DNA from: Utricularia gibba
Taxonomy: Eukaryota; Plantae; Magnoliophyta
Assembly (NCBI GenBank): GCA_002189035.1
Contig: NEEC01000027.1
Coordinates: 372,001 to 436,000 of the forward strand
DNA length: 64,000 bases
Direction: 5' to 3'
Shown: in pieces, positions 60,734 through 64,000 of the stretch
Position numbering within the stretch: the stretch's first letter is position 1
How the letters are laid out: the number at the start of each line of letters is the position of its first letter
Notes under the pieces: model-generated
Told to the model about the DNA's origin: nothing
The model's input: only the letters and a program-made list of their open reading frames with translations
Databases searched by the model: none
Translations under genes and position numbers: made by a program

Positions 60734-63124
60734 CTAGTCAACCTCTTCGATCTTGGGGCCGGCACCAGCGCTGGCGCCGCGTGGCGCGGGGCCGTCTTCA
60801 TCCATGTCCGGAACCCCTCCACCACCGGCCTGGTACATCTTTGCAATGATGGGATTGCAGATGCCCTCCAGCTCCTTCACCTTGTCATCAAACTCCTCCG
60901 CTTCCGCCAGCTGATTTGAGTCCAGCCACTTGATGGCGTCCTCGATGGCATCCTCAATCTTCTTCTTGTCCGCCGGATCCAGCTTTGAGGAGATCTTGTC
61001 ATCCTTGATCGTGTTCCTCATGTTGTAAGCGTAGTTCTCCAGGGCGTTCTTGGACTCCACCTTCTTCTTGTGCTCCTCGTCCTCAGACTTGTACTTTTCC
61101 GCCTCCTGAACCATCTTCTCGATCTCCTCCTTGGATAGCCTTCCCTTATCGTTGGTGATGGTGATCTTGTTCTTCTGACCCGTGGTCTTGTCCTCGGCGG
61201 AGACGTTCAGGATACCGTTGGCGTCTATGTCGAAGCAGACGTTGATCTGCGGGACACCTCTGGGCGCCGGTGGAATGCCGGTCAACTCGAACTTGCCCAG
61301 CAGATTGTTATCACGGGTTCTTGTTCTTTCTCCCTCGAAGACCTGTATCAAAACACCCGGCTGGTTGTCCGAGTAGGTTGAGAAAACTTGCTCCTTCTTC
61401 GTGGGATGGTCGTGTTCCTGGGAATCAGCACAGTCATGACACCACCGGCGGTCTCAAGACCGAGTGACAAGGGAGTCACATCCAACAGAAGCAGATCCTG
61501 AACTTTCTCGTTCCCTTCTCCGCTCAGAATGGCTGCTTGTACCGCAGCACCGTACGCGACGGCCTCATCAGGGTTGATACTTTTGCAGAGCTCCTTCCCA
61601 TTGAAAAAGTCTTGTAGGAGCTGCTGCACCTTGGGAATCCTGGTTGAGCCACCAACCAACACGACGTCGTGCACACTGCTCTTATCCATCTTTGCATCCC
61701 TCAGGCACTTCTCCACAGGCTCCATGCACTTTCTGAAGAGATCCATATTCAGCTCCTCAAACCTGGCACGTGTAATCGTGGAGTAAAAGTCGATGCCCTC
61801 AAAGAGAGAATCGATCTCAATCGTTGTCTGCGCGGTGGAGGAGAGGGTTCTCTTCGCCCTCTCACAGGCTGTTCGTAGCCGTCGGAGTGCCCTCGGGTTT
61901 CCACTGATATCCTTCTTGTTCTTCCGCTTGAACTCCTGCACAAAGTGATTCACCATCCTGTTGTCAAAATCTTCCCCTCCAAGGTGGGTATCACCAGCTG
62001 TGGCTTTGACTTCGAAAATGCCCTCCTCAATGGTGAGGAGAGACACATCGAAGGTGCCACCACCAAGGTCAAAGATCAGAACATTCTTCTCGCCGGAACT
62101 GGTGGCCTTCTTATCCAGACCATACGCTATAGCCGCGGCAGTGGGCTCGTTGATGATCCGCATGACATTGAGACCAGAAATCACTCCTGCGTCTTTTGTC
62201 GCCTGACGCTGGGAATCGTTGAAGTAGGCTGGGACTGTAACCACGGCATTCTTTACGGTGGTCCCGAGGTAGGCCTCGGCGATTTCCTTCATCTTAGTGA
62301 GGACCATGGAGGAGATCTCCTCGGCGGCGAACTGTTTGTCCTCTCCTTTGTAGTTAACCACGATCATGGGCTTATCACCAGGTCCGGGGATGACCTTAAA
62401 CGGCCAGAACTTTATATCGCTTTGAACTGATCCGTCAGTGAATCTACGGCCAATCAACCGCTTGGCATCTGCAATGCAAATTCAGCAATGAGTCCCAATG
62501 AACCAGCGCAGCTCATCGAAAGCCAAAATCAAGCTAATGTTAACACACCACGACCCAAAAGGCGAAAATCTAGCCACAGAGGCCTAATCAGGCATGAAAA
62601 CCACCAGACGTAACAAACAAAGAGAAATGAATTGCACACAGTTCACTAGAAACCTCTTAAGAACTAGGCATCCGTTGACTGACAAAAAAAGTCGACTACG
62701 ACATCGCAATCGAAGCTTCAATTAACTGGAGAGTTTCATCAGGCTCATGAAAAAGCAACTAATCAAAATTATCAGACAACAAACTCTAAAAAATAGCCTC
62801 AATATAACTAGAGAATTTCATCAGGCTCTGGAACAAGCAAGCAATTAAGATTCTCAGACAACAAAACCCTCAAACAAGAAATCAAGATTCTCGTCAAAGC
62901 GACTACTCACCGAAAACAGTGTTGATAGGGTTCATAGCGACCTGGTTCTTAGCCGCATCTCCGATGAGACGCTCCGTATCGGTAAACGCCACATATGACG
63001 GCGTGGTACGGTTACCCTGGTCGTTGGCGATGATCTCAACGCGGTCATGCTGCCAAACTCCGACGCAGGAGTAAGTCGTCCCAAGGTCAATCCCGATAGC
63101 CGGTCCTTCTCCTTTTCCCGACAT
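60734..63124 (-). CDS. HSP70: Cytosolic HSP70 (EEVD C-terminus); exons 63124-62911, 62468-60734, with an apparent 1-nt frameshift at 61403-61405
   Basis: [47 protein letters not shown], and the conserved single intron in VF-D-AK. Confidence 0.96.
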
Positions 63125-63196
63125 TATCAACGATACAAAAACGCTCCTTAAATAATCTCAAACTACAACGAAAAACAGCGCTCGGGGAGGCTTGGA

Positions 63197-63229
63197 TATA
63201 TAGTTCGCTGATTTTGTCTAGAAAGTTCT
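63197..63229 (-). promoter_or_regulatory. HSP70 core promoter: TATA box and heat-shock element
   Basis: TATATA at 63197-63202 and alternating pentamers tGTCt-aGAAa-gTTCt at 63215-63229 just upstream. A CCAAT box lies on the minus strand near 63255. Confidence 0.7.
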
Positions 63230-64000
63230 TACGCGTTCATTTTGGGCGGTTCCTATTGGCGCACTTTTTCTCAGTTTCCTCCCTTCTGGTTCCTTCTAGA
63301 GACCTCTCCCAATAAAATAATAATAAACCCTCCATTTATTATTTTATTTACGTCTCTTTTCAAACACGCCATCTACTTTTGGCATTATATGACATTCCCC
63401 CCAACTCTCCTCGCTCTCAAAATCAACGCGCCCCCTATCTATTGATTATTTCAATTTGCCCCCTAAGAGTTTTTTTAATCTTATATACATATTTTTTATT
63501 TAAAACCATATCTACCTCTTATTTTAATTAAAACAATTTAATCTCATTTTTAATTTCGATATTAAAAAGTATCAAAAATTCATTTTATCAGATTCTAATT
63601 TCATATCAACATCGAATATTAAAGAATTATAAGTTTAAAAATAATGATTCCATTTTCGAATGGAATAATATAAATTATGAAATATTCCATGTTATATATC
63701 ACAAGGGTATTTCAGTAAACAACTCAAATTGAAGCCTGGAATCCTACCGTAACAGAAGCAGCGGCATTCAGGTACAACAGCACACGAAACAGCAATGTGA
63801 AGCTTTCAGTAATGGCTGACTTTCAATGAATGATCTCAAAACCGCTTACCAGTAAACTCGAAGAAGAAGAACCCGTGTAGTTTTCCCTCATCTCCTGCCC
63901 CAGATGTGCATAAATGGATACCTCCAGCCCCTGGTTAAGGCAGTTGAAGCGTCGGAAACGAGCATGAGAATTGGCAGATTCGAGGTTACAGTTTTTCGTG

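Noticed and set aside
61529-62430. Plus-strand ORFs up to 161 aa opposite HSP70
   Set aside because: Long antisense ORFs are a known by-product of HSP70 codon usage.

Overview
Gene-dense eukaryotic nuclear DNA from a flowering plant. The BRI1 sequence is asterid-like. The density (19 protein-coding genes and 1 tRNA in 64 kb) and mostly 65-100 nt introns suggest a miniaturised genome such as Lentibulariaceae (inference only). I spliced the gene models by hand: EDR4-family protein, TGA bZIP, AGT2, CPR5, SEP2, DPE1, BRI1, a HAPSTR1/DUF4588-like protein, RBM39-like splicing factor, WAT1-related transporter, a putative myristoylated acidic protein, plastid aldolase, CPP1-like DUF3353 protein, tRNA-Lys(CTT), CYP84A/F5H, GATA factor, PMT methyltransferase, MRS2/CorA Mg transporter, auxilin-like protein and cytosolic HSP70. 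I found no prokaryotic system, CRISPR array or recognisable transposon. Main leads: (1) an intact 11-exon MRS2 gene whose GMN selectivity motif reads GMM; (2) four 1-nt deficits in G/C homopolymer runs that break WAT1 (twice), F5H and HSP70, most likely assembly errors; (3) a candidate poison exon in the RBM39 first intron; (4) a duplicated, uORF-bearing element upstream of TGA and loss of one redox cysteine in that TGA; (5) changes in the BRI1 steroid-binding island domain; (6) several unexplained structured intergenic segments. I cannot show from sequence alone that any of these is a new biological system.
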